DNA from: Camelus dromedarius
Lineage: Eukaryota
NCBI RefSeq assembly: GCF_036321535.1
Contig: NC_087449.1
Coordinates: forward strand, 8,556,001 to 8,620,000
DNA: 64,000 bases
Direction of reading: 5' to 3'
The position numbers and the translations under genes are program-made. Positions 22,811 to 35,959 of the stretch are shown here, piece after piece (within the stretch, counting starts at the first letter, position 1; the number at the start of each line of letters is the position of its first letter). The notes beneath the pieces were generated by a model that worked only from the letters and a program-made list of their open reading frames with translations, made no database searches and was not told the DNA's origin.

Positions 22811-24773
22811 ACGTCTAATGGTATTTGCCTTAAACTGTCACATTGTTCCTAGATCCTAGTTAGAGCAAGGGGACTGTCTGATTCTCCAGATGATCCCAAA
22901 GAGTGATTCCTGAGTTCAAACATCTCGGTTAATCTTTGGTCCACTGCAACGGTGTCTATCTTTTGTCATGACTATTTATTTTAATTGTCTATTTGCTTTC
23001 ATTCCAAAAACATAGTTGGTGAGTGTGTGTGTCACCTACAAATGTATATGTGGGGTGATTCTCTTTGGTTATCATGTCTTTCCAAGTCTTTTAACACTTT
23101 CCTCTTTAGTCATTCATTCTGAACTTCGTAACTATTATTTTCCTTTCCCATTATCCTATAACTGTAGTAAATATACTTGATTTTTTGCTTTAGAAATTTT
23201 CCAGCTAATCAGTATCTTCTTATTTCAACACTTTCATTAGTATTTACTTTCAGTATCTACATTCTCCTCACTTTCAATTCCAAACCACAAAATCTGAAAA
23301 TATTTCTTGAACTGCACAAATTTGGCAACTCATCAGTACAATTTCTTTTCCATCCTCTCTTTTCAATAACAATAAATAAAAATTATCTGAACATATTTAA
23401 ACTGCATATATAGCATTTTTTTTCTCTTTCCTATGTTGTTCTTAAGAATAGCACAATGTTATTTTCTGTTAGGTACTTTACTCTTACAGCAGAATGAAAT
23501 ATTACATGTGGGTTAATCTCTTAAATCATTAGAAGAAAATTATATATAAATATAATATACATTATATATGTATATAAAGGGCCATTGAAAATCTCTTAAA
23601 GAAAGGTCACATTGAAGATGGGCAGACCGGTATTTCCTTTTGGCATCAGAAGAGATCATTGTTTCCTTGGCTGAGTTGCAGAAGAAATAGTTGGCCTAAG
23701 TTTAGGACGCATGTTGTAGTGAAAATAAATATCTTTAAATGATAAAATTGTACTTCATTCAGTGAATGGACAGTCAAATCATGTCTCCATCTCTTGCTTG
23801 CTAGGCGATTCATGCTCCTTTGTTGAAATGGTGACAAGAATCTTCTGCAGTTATGAAATTGTTCTTTCTTTTCTTCTTGACTTGTTTACTCTTTCCTTTT
23901 GTCAATGACAGCTGAATTTACATAATTTAAAATCAAGTGAAAACATTATACAGAATGTTATACTGGTATGATAACTCTTTGTTTTTTAGTTGACTAAACG
24001 TTAGAATGATGAAACAAAATTAAAAAATCTTTTATTTACTCTCATGATACAGTTTAATATTATTTTGCTTTGTGGGAAGTGAGAACATGAAGACAGAAAG
24101 ATGAAAGAAATTTAAGATTCATCAAGTGTATATTCAATGCCAGTAATTCTACACGTTGTGTGCCATCAAATCTTCAAAATAATTTCATTAAAATGCATTT
24201 ACCCATTTTATAGGTAATAGACTCAAAGAGATGATGGGTTGAAGACCATACAACCAATACACACAGGTACTTCTTCAGCAGAACGTACGTGGATTCCAAA
24301 GTCCAGATTCCCTCCAGAAAGCCACCCACTCTCTTGTCACCTAACTTTATTCCTATTTTAAAATAAATGATTTGGGAATGGCAGGTTGAGGTTTCCAAGT
24401 CCTTGTTAACTCTCCCCATGGTCCAAGGACAGCAGTTTTTATTTCCTCTGTAAGGAACAGGAAATGTGTTCCTTGTCGTTCTGATTCATTGGTACTCTCC
24501 TCACAAAGAGGTCTAATGTTTTATTAGGGGCTTTTTAAACTGCAAGCCAGATGATTTTTTTTAAGTTACTGGAAGTAAAATTTTGTTGATATAAACAAAA
24601 TGGAAGCATCTCAGACTACTGGATTAAAAGCAAAACTTAAATTCCTAAGTTTATACTTACAATGATATGCTGTAAACATGGCAAAGCATACTTTATTGCT
24701 TATACTTTTGATTGCCTCGAGTTAGCATCATAAACACAAATGTGCTTTCTCCCCTTAGCGCTTATCAGGTATG

Positions 24774-24790
24774 TGTGTGTGTGTGTGTGT
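24774..24790. repeat. (TG)n microsatellite
   Basis: Seen directly. Confidence 0.9.
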
Positions 24791-26284
24791 CTGGAGCTTC
24801 TATTTCCTCATAGTGATGCACTGGTAGAATATCTACTTTAAAAAAAATACCAGTATCTCTAGGAATCTTTTTATACACAAACCAGCATTATCTGTAGGCT
24901 CACAATGGAGGCTGTCCTTGAATACACCATGCCTATGATTTCATGCAAAGTTAAAGATGTTAGTTTCTAAATCGTAGGTCGTCTGGTAGTTCAGAAACAT
25001 TAAAAGTGAATTTCCTGATTCCTTTTGAAAATAGTTGAGACTGTGGAAGAAACAAAAATTGGTTGGATGTTAGTGAACTGAAGAAATAAACCCCACTCTG
25101 TATAGCTTGACTTCCTAATGTCACAAGTCAATTTAGAAATTATGCACAAGATAAATCTCTTTCCTCTCATCGCACAATGTATTTAGCTTAATCACCAGCA
25201 TCAGTGGAGACAGAGATTGAAAAATAAATTGTTCACTGTCTCCAAGACAAACCCCAAATAAGAAACTTGATATTTTGCATAAACTCTATCTCTGGAATAT
25301 GCTTTTGAAAAGACATGCCATAATTATATGTAGCATTATAGAGCCTCTTGTGTTTATAAATATTTTCAAAAGCCTTTCAAATTGTTTGCAAATCCAAAGT
25401 TTATAAATGACTTATGAAATCCACAAATTTGCTAAATATGTTTCTGCATTTTTGTATTATGCTCTGTGATTTTTCTTTCTGTGTGGTGTAAGTCAAAGAA
25501 AATGATATACAATATGTCTAGATAGGATGAAAATTTCCAAACAAAAGAAGCATCTGTTTTTCTAATTTAGTTTTTGAATTTATGTTGGTTTCACAATTGG
25601 TTACACTGCAAACAATGTGGTTCAAATGACAATGACATTGATTACATTTGTACTTTGCACTAAGAGCACTTTTTATCCACGATTGCCAACTCCCTTAACT
25701 AGCAATAACCAAGGCCTTCAGCACCTCTGTGCCTTGGGTATTGTTTTACCCAGTCTGAAGCAGATTGAACTGTAACTTTGCAGAAGGCTGACACGGTTTT
25801 CATGAAGCCAGAGATGACTAGAATTTTAAAAACTGGGTTGCAAGGGCTTATCTTTTGATGTACATTTTAAAATTTTGGAGCAGGCAACTTATGACTGTGG
25901 TCGTCCACTGTGTTCATCTTTCCTGCACTACTTTGAAATGATTTCTAGGTCGGGGACCACGGGTCAGGTGAACTTTGCCTCAGCATGAATTCCTACTTTC
26001 TTTGTGTTTCTGTGGGGTGTGTTCCTAATTCCTCTGTTAGCCTGTGGAAGAGGCTATGTTATAAATGGGTAACAAGCCTTCCAAGTATTGTTTCTCCTTG
26101 CAGAATTTTGATTCCTAAGTGGTTCCCATCAATTGCTTTAGTTCAAAATTTCACTTGCAGATCATCCAAATATTCATGTCTGCACCTTGATTTCTTAAAA
26201 ATCTTTGTATGTCTATACTGTGTCCATATAGACTATTAGTCCTTCAAAACCGGGAGAAATTTGCATTCCCTGCATTGTCAACGA

Positions 26285-26400
26285 GCCATTCGTTCATTCA
26301 GCAAACATTTATTGAGTAACTACTGTATTTAAAATAGTATGCTCCATGCTGGCTCATAAAAGCAATTGAACACATTTTTCTGGTTAAGATCCTTATTGTT
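26285..26400 (-). mobile_element. L2 3' terminus
   Basis: cattcgttcattcagcaaacatttattgagtaactactgt. Confidence 0.75.
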
Positions 26401-26999
26401 TCAAAAAGGTTAGAACTCTAAGGAAAACCCATTGGGAACTGAGTTGACCAGTATGCTGTGCTGAAATAGTTTCATACTATAATTTGTATCTATAATATTA
26501 TGTAATATCTGTAATATGTAACGTCCAGATGTCACATCTTAGTCATGATGGCCGCCATTTTGGACTTTCTCTGTTGAGATGGAATCATTCCTCTGTGAAC
26601 TGGAAATGGAAAACTTTCAATCATCTCCCATGGTTTCTGCTTTTACTATGATGCCTTCAGTGATGTAATTAGTTTTTAGCTGTATATTAAAATACTACTT
26701 TTGTGTTGTTACAAATGAGATAAACTTAATGACCATTTTTTTAAATGACAAGAACAAGATATTATAATAAACTGTTAAATGGAGATAATTTCTCAACAGT
26801 AAAATCAGACTATGCTTTATCAAATAGTGTATTATGCTATAGTAAGAAGTAATTGCCAGCTAAGCTATTTAATTTCTACATCACTGAGAGAGTCAAAAAT
26901 GGCCTATTACCTGGTTTCTTTTCATGCCATTTTGACATTACCCAGATGTGTAAACCATACTTGAACAGTCTTATAATACCATGTATAAATAATCCAACT

Positions 27000-27190
27000 C
27001 TGGAATCAGGCAATCTTGGGCATAAAACCTGTTTTTGCCTTTCACAAAGTGTGTCATCCTGATGAAATAATTTGGTTCCATGTAAGACTCACTTTTTCCG
27101 CTGGGAAATGGAATAATAAAAAAGTATTTTCCTGAGTTCATGCTTAGGATGCTTAGAAAAGAGCCCAATGCAAAGCAAGCAGTCAAGAAA
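27000..27190 (+). mobile_element. MIR fragment
   Basis: cactttttccgctgggaaatggaataataaaaagtattttcctgag. Confidence 0.55.
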
Positions 27191-27399
27191 TGCTATCTCA
27201 TGGTATTTTCATGGGTTTTAAATAAAACAAATTTTTGCTAAATGTATTGGAATGGATGAAGCAAATCTTAAGAGATCACTGATAAATATTAGTAAATTAT
27301 TAACTGGTTAGGAAACAACAGAAACTTTTGTGATTCTCACTCTATCATTATTGGCAGAACCTCAGCACATAGGTCTACTGAAGTGACTATGAAGTCTAT

Positions 27400-27545
27400 G
27401 AGAAACATTTAGTCATCACATCATCCAACACCACTATGAGGTAGGTAATATGGTGTCCATTTCATAAGCGAGGAAATTGGAGGTCAAAATGAAAGTGATC
27501 TTTCTGAGTCAATCAACTGTGAAAGGGGCAAGCCTGGACTCGAGT
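27400..27545 (-). mobile_element. MIR fragment
   Basis: caacaccactatgaggtaggtaatatggtgtccatttcataagcgaggaaattggagg. Confidence 0.75.
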
Positions 27546-28109
27546 TGTGTTAATTTCCGCATATTGCTTGCTTTCTGGTAACCTATCATTCTAATTAGCA
27601 TTACATAAATATAATTAGCAATTAGTTTTTCAAATCATTGCTGCTGATCTAATAGTTATTAAATGTCTATTACTTGCTAAATACTATGCAACAGGCATCA
27701 ATACATATTTTTATAATATAATCTTTCAGTCATTAGATATACTTATTGGGCACCAACTCTGCTGTTATACCAGCTACCAGAGATATTCTCAAGAAGATGC
27801 ACTTCTCGCCATAAAGAGCTTACAATGTCATAAGGGAAAGGCACAAATAATCACATTATTGCAGAACAATACAGTAAGCGCCACCACAATGAATTTTTAT
27901 CCTATTATCCTCATTTTATGGAAGAAGAAACAGAGGCTAGTGAGAAACATAAAAAACTGTCAGACAATGATTAATATAAGGAACAGTTTGGATTCAAACT
28001 CAAATCTTTCTGTCACTTTCCTTTAAATTTTTTTTTAATACACCGTGTCCATAGCCATTGCCAGCAACAAATTTCTGATGCTTAGAGGTGCAGGTCTGCG
28101 TAGCTGCAT

Positions 28110-28700
28110 CTTGACTGGTGTGGTTCTAGACCTATCTGGCTCTGATCTCGGGGACTGTTTTATGACATGGAATGAATATAAAATATGACAGATATTGTTG
28201 TTTGCATACTAACCACCATTTCCTATCTTCTTCATTTAAAAAAAGAATTGGTCCAGGTAGCTCAAACTCAAGCATTTCTGGATTCTCCCTAGCTCCAGGA
28301 AGTGAATCATTATTGGTCAAAAGAACCAGGACTGGTCCATTTTCCCTGACAGTGCTGGGTTAGTTCTGTCTTGCAGTTCTGGCAAATAGGCTGAGAAGAG
28401 ATATCTTCTGGGAGCCATCTAGACAGGCTCCATTAAAGAGACACACAGAAGGAAAGACTCCACTTTATGCCTCTCTACATTTTGTAGCCATCTTGGGTCC
28501 ATAAAAGGCAAACCAATTCACTGAGGATGACAGATCATAAACAGAGAAAAAAGTTAGGTCATCAATGATGTCAATATGCCACTGAATTCCTCCACTCTCA
28601 AAACGCTTTACCTCCAGACTTCTAAGTATGTGAAATAATAAATTTTACTTATTGCCTGAGTAACTTAGGTGTTGAATCTTCTGATTTTTGCCGGGAAGAC
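28110..28700 (+). mobile_element. Old MLT1 (J/K-type) LTR
   Basis: gtagccatcttgggtccat...actgaggatgacaga...tacctccagacttctaagtatgtgaaataataaatttt. Confidence 0.65.
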
Positions 28701-29299
28701 ATGTAAAAGGTATTTTTTATGAGATTCCTCACACAGGATCTTAAAAAATGTTTTCTTTATCCTTGCCTTTTGCCCCCTTCCTCCAAATATATTTTAATAA
28801 CATACATCTTACAGTCACATTGGAGGGTTATAATGAAGTTTAAATTATCCTATTAGGTCCAAGTTTGGAAAGTAAACTTTGATTTCTGACAAAGGCTATA
28901 GTTATTGGGCACATATGAGACATTCAAAGACACTGGATGGTTTGGCTTCAAAGACACCTGTATCCAGAAATATGTCTGACTGTCCAGAAGTACAAAGCAG
29001 GAGGGCAATAAAGCTAATTTCAATAGATCACAAACGATTCCCCTTTGCTCAGTTTTATTTCAAGCATAGCAGGGAATTGTAACTGGGAAGAAATAAAAAC
29101 ATACAGAAGTAATAGAATATTTCTCTCTGCACATGTGCTGAAGTGCATTGTTCTGACATTCAGTCAGGGTATATCAATACTGTAGGAGAGGTTTTAAAAA
29201 GCAAATACATGTATGAAATCATTTTTTGTGTATGACTATAGTAGATACTTAATATACGAAATGCAGCATGATTTGCCCACAGAATGGCTACCGGACGGA

Positions 29300-30140
29300 G
29301 ATGGCAATTGGTGGGCAAATAACTGAACAGTCACAAGGTAGCGTCATGAGTGCTGAAGAGATGTGCCAGGCAGATGGTCCAGGGCTGCCTAACTGCCTGA
29401 GATTTGATGGTAGCTGATTATGACTGAGTTAGAGAAAGGAAGTTCTGCAGGTAAGGAAACAGTCATTCTGAACATTAACGAATGCACTCAAGGAACTACA
29501 AACAGCTAAGGCGGCCAGAATGCTTCCTCCATGTGAAAATGTGGCAGGAAAGTAAGCTGGAAAGGGAGGTAGGAGCTGAACTGTGAACAGGGGGAAATAA
29601 TAAGGAAAGACATAGGGTAGTGGGGAATGGGCAATGGAATTAGCTAACTGGTGAGGGTGATTATTTTAACTCATTAAATGCGTCATCCACCCTGGAATAA
29701 TTTTTAGAGTGAAAAGGGGCACAGTTAATAATGATTATGAGTAACAGGTATAAATGGGAACTGCCTGGGGTAAACCAGCCACCCTAATCACACTGGAGAG
29801 TTCTTTATTTGTCAGAATTAACACAACATGGTGGCTGATCTTCCGGGGGTGGCGAGTAAGAATAGAGAGCAAAGAACCCTTCTCAGGCTTCTGCTGTAAG
29901 CAACACTAGGGGCGACTACTTTCACTGTGATAAAAAATGCAGAAGAAGGAACAGGCTCTCGGGAGAGAAAATGAGTTATACTTTGGATATGTTGAATTTG
30001 AGATGTTTGCAGGAAATCTAAGAAGCCATGTCTGTAGAAACCTGAAATGTGAATTACAAAAGCAACAGAGAGATGCTCAGTACTAAGATAAAAGTTGGGG
30101 AATCATTAAAATAAGATGGAAATTGAAGCTGTGGGAGGGT
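29300..30140 (-). mobile_element. L2 fragment interrupted by MER81
   Basis: ttggatatgttgaatttgagatgtttgcaggaaatctaag and other purine-rich L2 antisense blocks. Confidence 0.65.
29654..29786. mobile_element. MER81-like hAT (Blackjack) DNA transposon
   Basis: Termini agggtga...caccct; body tagagtgaaaaggggcacagttaataat...aacaggtataaatgggaactgcctggggtaaacc matches the recalled MER81 consensus. Confidence 0.7.
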
Positions 30141-32369
30141 TACTTTTCCCTTCGTGTCTCACTTTATACAGAAAGAGAGGACAACCAAAGGAAGAATTCT
30201 CATGAATAACAACAAGAACAAAATGTGTGTCATATGTAAAAGAAGAGAATCTCATGCAGGAGGTAGAAAAAAATAATCAAAGAGACAGGGAGAAAACAAA
30301 TAAGGAGGTAGGTGTAATGGAAGAGAAGATGGGAATTATTTCAGGAGAGATGCTGGACAGATAGCTTTAGTTTTGCCTATATGCCTGTCTCCTTTTTCTG
30401 GTAACAGAGCTTCCCTATCTGTGAGAACTCCATCACTGTGTGCCTTCTCTCACACGTGCACACACACACACACATACTTCAGCACCAAAGTTAATTATCT
30501 GGTGCTTATTATTATAGCCCATCGCTCCCAGGTTATGGTGATTAATTCAAGGGTAGTCTTGTGATTTAAATGTATTTCTCCCAAGCATTTTAATCTTGAC
30601 TGAATTGGCACATGGAGACGTGGCGGTGAGAGGTGAGTTATTCCAATGCCAGAGTTCAAAAGAGGCTGTCCATGAGATCCTGACTTAGATCTATGGCTCA
30701 GCCCTGATTCTTAAACTGCTTATACTCCAAATCATGTTAAAATTGGTCACTGGAAATGGAGCATTGCATGTGACAGTATCTAACAAGTTGTAGATTGAGT
30801 GGAAATGGGGTAGAGGACAATTAAGTTTCCTCTCCCAGAGACACCTGCAAACTTCTTAAAATAGCCACAGAGCATCTGATTAACCTATTATCTTTTGTGT
30901 TTTATGAATTAGACTTTGTGCTAATGAAGCTGGAGGTTTATTATACTTGGCATCAAAAAAGTCAGGGTACTGGAATGTGTAAGCTTCTTTGGGTAGTCTT
31001 CAGTATCGTTCTACAAAAAGGGAAGTATTTTAGTCTGAACTGGCTCACGTGCAGAGAGGTAAGGCTATGTAGGCTGCCCAAGGGAGGTCATTTATGACTT
31101 TGGCTAGCAGTTCAAGGTGGTTGAACGTTTGCTAACCTTTTCCCTTGTTGAATGGAAAAGCCAGATTCTGTTCCTTCACTAAAATTAATGTGAACCTAAA
31201 AGGGAGCAAGGAGATTTGGTGGTAGATAAATCTGAGAACAAAAAGGAACGAAAGAAGGTAATGGGGACAAACTGACCACCTAGGTTTCTACCACAGAGCT
31301 CCTTCTGCTTGATAAGTAAAAATTACTATCACTAACGTAAAAGAAAGAAACCCACTGGTGTATAGTCTAGTGGCAAGTGGGAATATTTGATTAAGAGTGC
31401 TTTACAGTGGCTGCCTATTGCTTAGTATTTTTACCTCAAGGCAGGTACAAGATAGCACTTTAGGTTCATAAATCTTGACCTATCAAAACTTCTGAGTTTG
31501 GTTACTAAGCCAGGAGTCACAAAAATGCAAATAACCCACAGTTGTCTAAAATCACAAGGAAATTATACAGCGAAGGAAACCCCAAACCTGCTAAATAGAG
31601 GTGTCTGTTTGCTCATTGCCTGCCCCATTTCCCAAATTCCCAAATCAAACAAAATTGATCTGCTAAAACAGAAAGGTCTCCATAAGAAACATACTCCCCA
31701 CTTCCCATCTTTCATGTGGCAACAGAGGGCAAAGGAGAAGGAGAAGCCTTGCATGGAGCCAAGCCACAGCCAGGTTAGTTGGCCAAGGAGCTCAGTCCTC
31801 CGCCAGGGCAGAGGGACTGCTATCCTTGACCTTCAGGGCATACTATCCGTCCTTGCCCATTTCCTCACACATGTGCAGTCTCCTCCCATCTGTATCTCTG
31901 TGTACTCCATTTCTTCCCTAAATCTCTTTTGCGCTTTATTTTCCGAGACAATCCTATCCATTCCTCAAGCCCCAGCATATAAATGATCTTCCCAAAGCCT
32001 AACCCTCCCTAATCCCAACCCCCTGCCTGGATCCAATGATGCCTCAACTCTGTGCTCCTGCTGCAGCTGGTGAATCCTTACTTCCATGACTTTTTTCTCC
32101 CTTCCTTCCTTTTTTTTTTTTTTTTTTAATTTTGGCTGTATGGTCCTTCTTTCCATCATAAGACTATGCATTACTTTAGGTCAGAGTAAGTTGCATTTCC
32201 CTTTGTTTTTCCAGGGCTTCGTCCACCATCTGCCATCAAAATTACAAATTACAGACATTATTAAGTACGCAACAAATGCTTTTTGAATGAATTAAAAAAA
32301 TCAATCAGTATAGACTATTCACTCAAGAAGATTTGCTGTGAAAGAAATGAATGTAGATCGAGTGCTCGA

Positions 32370-32600
32370 TAATTAATTAAGCTCTTACCACGTCCTGGGA
32401 ACCCTTGCACGGGCTTTATATTTTATTTACTCAAAACAATCCTTCCTTAAGTAGCTAGTTATTCTTGTCAGTTTACTGATGAGGAAACTGAAGAACAAAG
32501 TTAAATAATTTACCGTAAGTCATACAGTTAGTAAGTGTCAGAGCCGAATATAGCTGCAGGTTAGTCTGACTTCTTACCCACCTGTATTATCCACTACTTT
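32370..32600 (-). mobile_element. MIR SINE
   Basis: gtcagtttactgatgaggaaactgaagaacaaagttaaataatttaccgtaagtcatacagttagtaagtgtcagagcc. Confidence 0.85.
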
Positions 32601-33559
32601 ATACTGCATTTCTTGAACGTGGGGAAAACAGGTGCAAGTCTTTTTTTTTTTTTTTTTTTAATTTAAATATCTACATGATGTACAGAAAAAATCAAATCAG
32701 CAGGTTGGTTATGCTTTAGCCAATGAGTTTTTTGGTGCTATCTAGACAGCTTATTTGCACTCTAGGCAGCTTAAGACTTAAACTGTCAATTACATTCTGT
32801 AAGACCAGAAGTGCCTTTTATATTCTGTCTGACATATAAGAAAATGCCAAAACAAATCAGGTTGTAAGTCTGGCAAATATTACTAAAAACACTTGTATAA
32901 AGTTAGTGATTTTTGAATATGTCATAGAAGTATTTCCAATAATAATTATGTAGATTTTTGTGTGATTATAGCCTTAATTGTTCTTCAGAATTATATAAAC
33001 TCTGGCTGTGTTAACTGGCTATTGGTTCTTTTGACTAAAGTTTTGATTAAATTTTTGATAATAGTAAAAAAGAAAAACCTAAAGGTGGATATATTTTTTA
33101 AGTAAACCAAAATAATCAGCAGTAAATTAATTTGTACTTACTGGTTGGGTTAAACTGACTGGTTAATAACTTTCATTTATTTTCTGACTTTATAATCCTC
33201 CAAAACTTTCCCCACTCTCAACATCATTTTGAACTAATCTTGTTTTGTAAAACGTCTATTGAATTATAAAAGAAATACACATTTTTTTATAGTCAAAAAC
33301 TATGATATGAATAAAAGTTGACATGTTGAGATGTTTTCTTCCAATCTTTAATTTTGTAAATGTAGAGTTATAGCCACATTGATAGATGAATTTATTTAGC
33401 TAGAAACAGACACAGACACAGATACAGTGAAAGTAACTTTTAGACATCTTCATTTGTCACTTAAAGTAAGACTTTTCCATATTGTTAAATACTTTGAAAG
33501 TCTATCAAGTAGAACATTCTATGAGCACATCTTAATTAATAACAGTCGTCCTCTTTCGC

Positions 33560-34080
33560 TGTCCTTTCAAGTCATCTTCAGGTTTTATTTTTCTGACCAG
33601 ATAAATGATAAAAATCACTATGCATAAATCTTTGTTCATGGTTCTGATTATTACTTGAGGATTATGCTTTAGAAATTGAATTACTGGGTCAAAGACAGGT
33701 TTTAAAGGTTTATTTATATATACTTTAAATATTTAAAATTACTTTTCAGGAAGGTTGCACTAAATTGCTGTCTCACAAGAAGAGTAGAAAATGTCCATTT
33801 CACACACTTGTCTACAGTGAGAAATATGATAAAAAATTACTAATTTGAAGAGTAAAAATGTTAGAATGTTTATGCTTTAATGTGCATTTCTTTCTTTGTG
33901 AGTGTATTTTTTCATATATTTATTGACTATATGCACCTTTTGTATAACTTGTATCTTATGTTCATGTTATTCATGGTGTGTTTTTCATATTAATTAATGT
34001 GTGCTTTTTAGGTAGTATGGCTTTGAACACTTTGCTCATTATTTTTATGACCACTATTTTTATGACATTATTTTAATCTT
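33560..34080 (-). mobile_element. Old L1M (ME/MC-type) fragment
   Basis: ctttagaaattgaattactgggtcaaag...ttttcaggaaggttgcactaaattg...gctttaatgtgcatttctttc. Confidence 0.6.
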
Positions 34081-34282
34081 ATGTGTTTATTTTGGGTTTT
34101 CTTTAATCTTTCCATGATAAATATTTTGACTATTACAATATTTAATGAGATAAAGGACCTGAGTCATTTCAATGAAATTATGCCAATAATATGCCAAATA
34201 TTTTAAACATTGTCAAATAACTGGACAGCTGATGGAATTTTCCATTTTTCCTATTAATAGTATCAGTTTCTAAGTTTCCACT

Positions 34283-34441
34283 TTGTTTTCTGAATTGAGC
34301 TATAATTAACATACAATATTATATTAGTTCCAGGTGTACAACATAGTGATTTGGTAATTTTACACATTATGAAATGATCACCCCAATAAGCCCAGTTACC
34401 ATCTGTCACCATGTGAGTTGTGATAACATTATTGGCTATTT
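34283..34441 (-). mobile_element. L1MA9-like 3' end
   Basis: aattgagctataattaacatacaatattatattagttccaggtgtacaacatagtgatt...ccagttaccatctgtcacca. Confidence 0.8.
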
Positions 34442-35779
34442 AGAATATAAGCATTTACTCAAAATACTGCTTTAAAATTAAAGAAATTGAGCAAGTGTGC
34501 TCTTTACTGATTTTGTATTGCAAACATTTTGCTGAGTACAGAGATGAAAACAAGGGCTGGCCTTCAGTTTTCTGCTCTAATCATCGGCTTTATTCAAACA
34601 AAATGCTAAGCAATTAAACTGCTATCAGTTGCAAGATCCAATATAAGAAAATCTTATGGCTCTGATTTATTGGCTCTTTATTTAAGGGTGTGATTCAGCT
34701 GTCAAAGAAGTTCACACTTGCCAAAACATTTGCAAATCTCTCATCTTCACTCAACAGAAACAATTTCAGATATGCAAAATATAGTTGTTTTTGAATTTTG
34801 AAGAGAATTAAGTCCAGTTGTATAAGCTATTCAAATTATATTCTACACTGGACAATAATTTAATTAGCTTTTTTACAAAGAGAACTTAATAAAATAATAT
34901 ATGTTCAACATATTGACATATATGTCAAATAAATGGCAAAACCAAATTCATTATAATCTGACTAAATATTACTTAACCTCCTTCAACATTTACATTTGTT
35001 GTTTTTATATGTTGTTCTTGGTTATATGTTGGATATATCATGTCATTGTACAATTGCAAACTTAAGATTTTAGCCTGGTCTAATTTAAGTGGCAAATATT
35101 TCGCTCATTGTCAGTGTATACAAAAGATACTTGAACTCAAACATCATATGGTCTTTAACATCTCATCTTTCAGTTAGAGTCATATTGCAACAGTCCTGTG
35201 TGGCTGTTTAAAGGGAGATGTTGAAAAAGACATTTCATTAGGCTTATGAATACTGTCAACTACTCTTTCACTGGAATATTAATTTACCATATGCTAACAT
35301 AAGAGTGATACACTATGATTTGGACCACACAAAATAGTACTTCATGTGCTAACAATACAAATAATATGATTTTAACATGTAGAACTTATAGATATATCAT
35401 ATTTAGGTACTTACCATTACACAATAATTTTCTTGCAATTATTTTTAGGACCAAATGAACATAATCTCTACAGCAGAAAAAATGCTCAAAGCATGTGGAA
35501 TGCTATGCCCAGCAACCAATTGGTGAACCAATAAAAAAGACACAGTGATGGTATAAATGTTGTTGGGAAGTTTGGGGCTACATTTGTTAGTACTGTCATT
35601 TCAGACGTAAGGACAATAAGCTTAAGCACCTCAACCCCTTTTCCTTAGCTAATCTGGTTGGCTGGGCATGTTCCTCTGTTGTCCTCACACCTCTGTGAGT
35701 CACAGTCCCAAAGCTGCACCCTTGGACAAAGCAAATGACCTTTTCTTACTGAGCAGCATTGTCCTTCCTCTAGATGCAT

Positions 35780-35958
35780 CATCTCCATTCCAGTCACCAC
35801 CACTGGCCTAGTTCAAAGTCATAGCAGCTCTCACTTAGCTTATTGCAGCAGTTTTTTAAATGGTCCCATTATATCCAGTCTCATACTTAATAGCTACCAG
35901 ATTCATTTATTTGAAGCATAAATCCAACCACAACATCCCCTTAATTTAAACTCTTCAG
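35780..35958 (+). mobile_element. L2 fragment
   Basis: caccaccactggcctagttcaaagtcatagcagctctcacttagcttattgcagcag. Confidence 0.55.
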
Positions 35959-35959
35959 G

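Noticed and set aside
24190-24215. Recursive splice site candidates (tttatag|gtaata; also near 5750, 16440 and 48928)
   Set aside because: The regenerated donors or pyrimidine tracts are weak, one lies in a MIR, and such AG|GT juxtapositions are expected by chance.
27437-27446. let-7 seed-like TGAGGTAG
   Set aside because: It is part of a MIR repeat, with no mature let-7 sequence or hairpin.
29898-29918. CTCF-like cactaggggcga; also partial matches near 14030 and 44890
   Set aside because: One G short of the core, or mismatched at the conserved 5' CC positions; much weaker than the 52212 site.
31498-31986. 162-aa ORF starting at TTG
   Set aside because: Non-ATG start, no homology recognised and no convincing exon boundaries.
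32640-32700. Long poly-T as the tail of a minus-strand retrocopy
   Set aside because: No polyadenylation signal at the expected distance, no TSD and no ORF.
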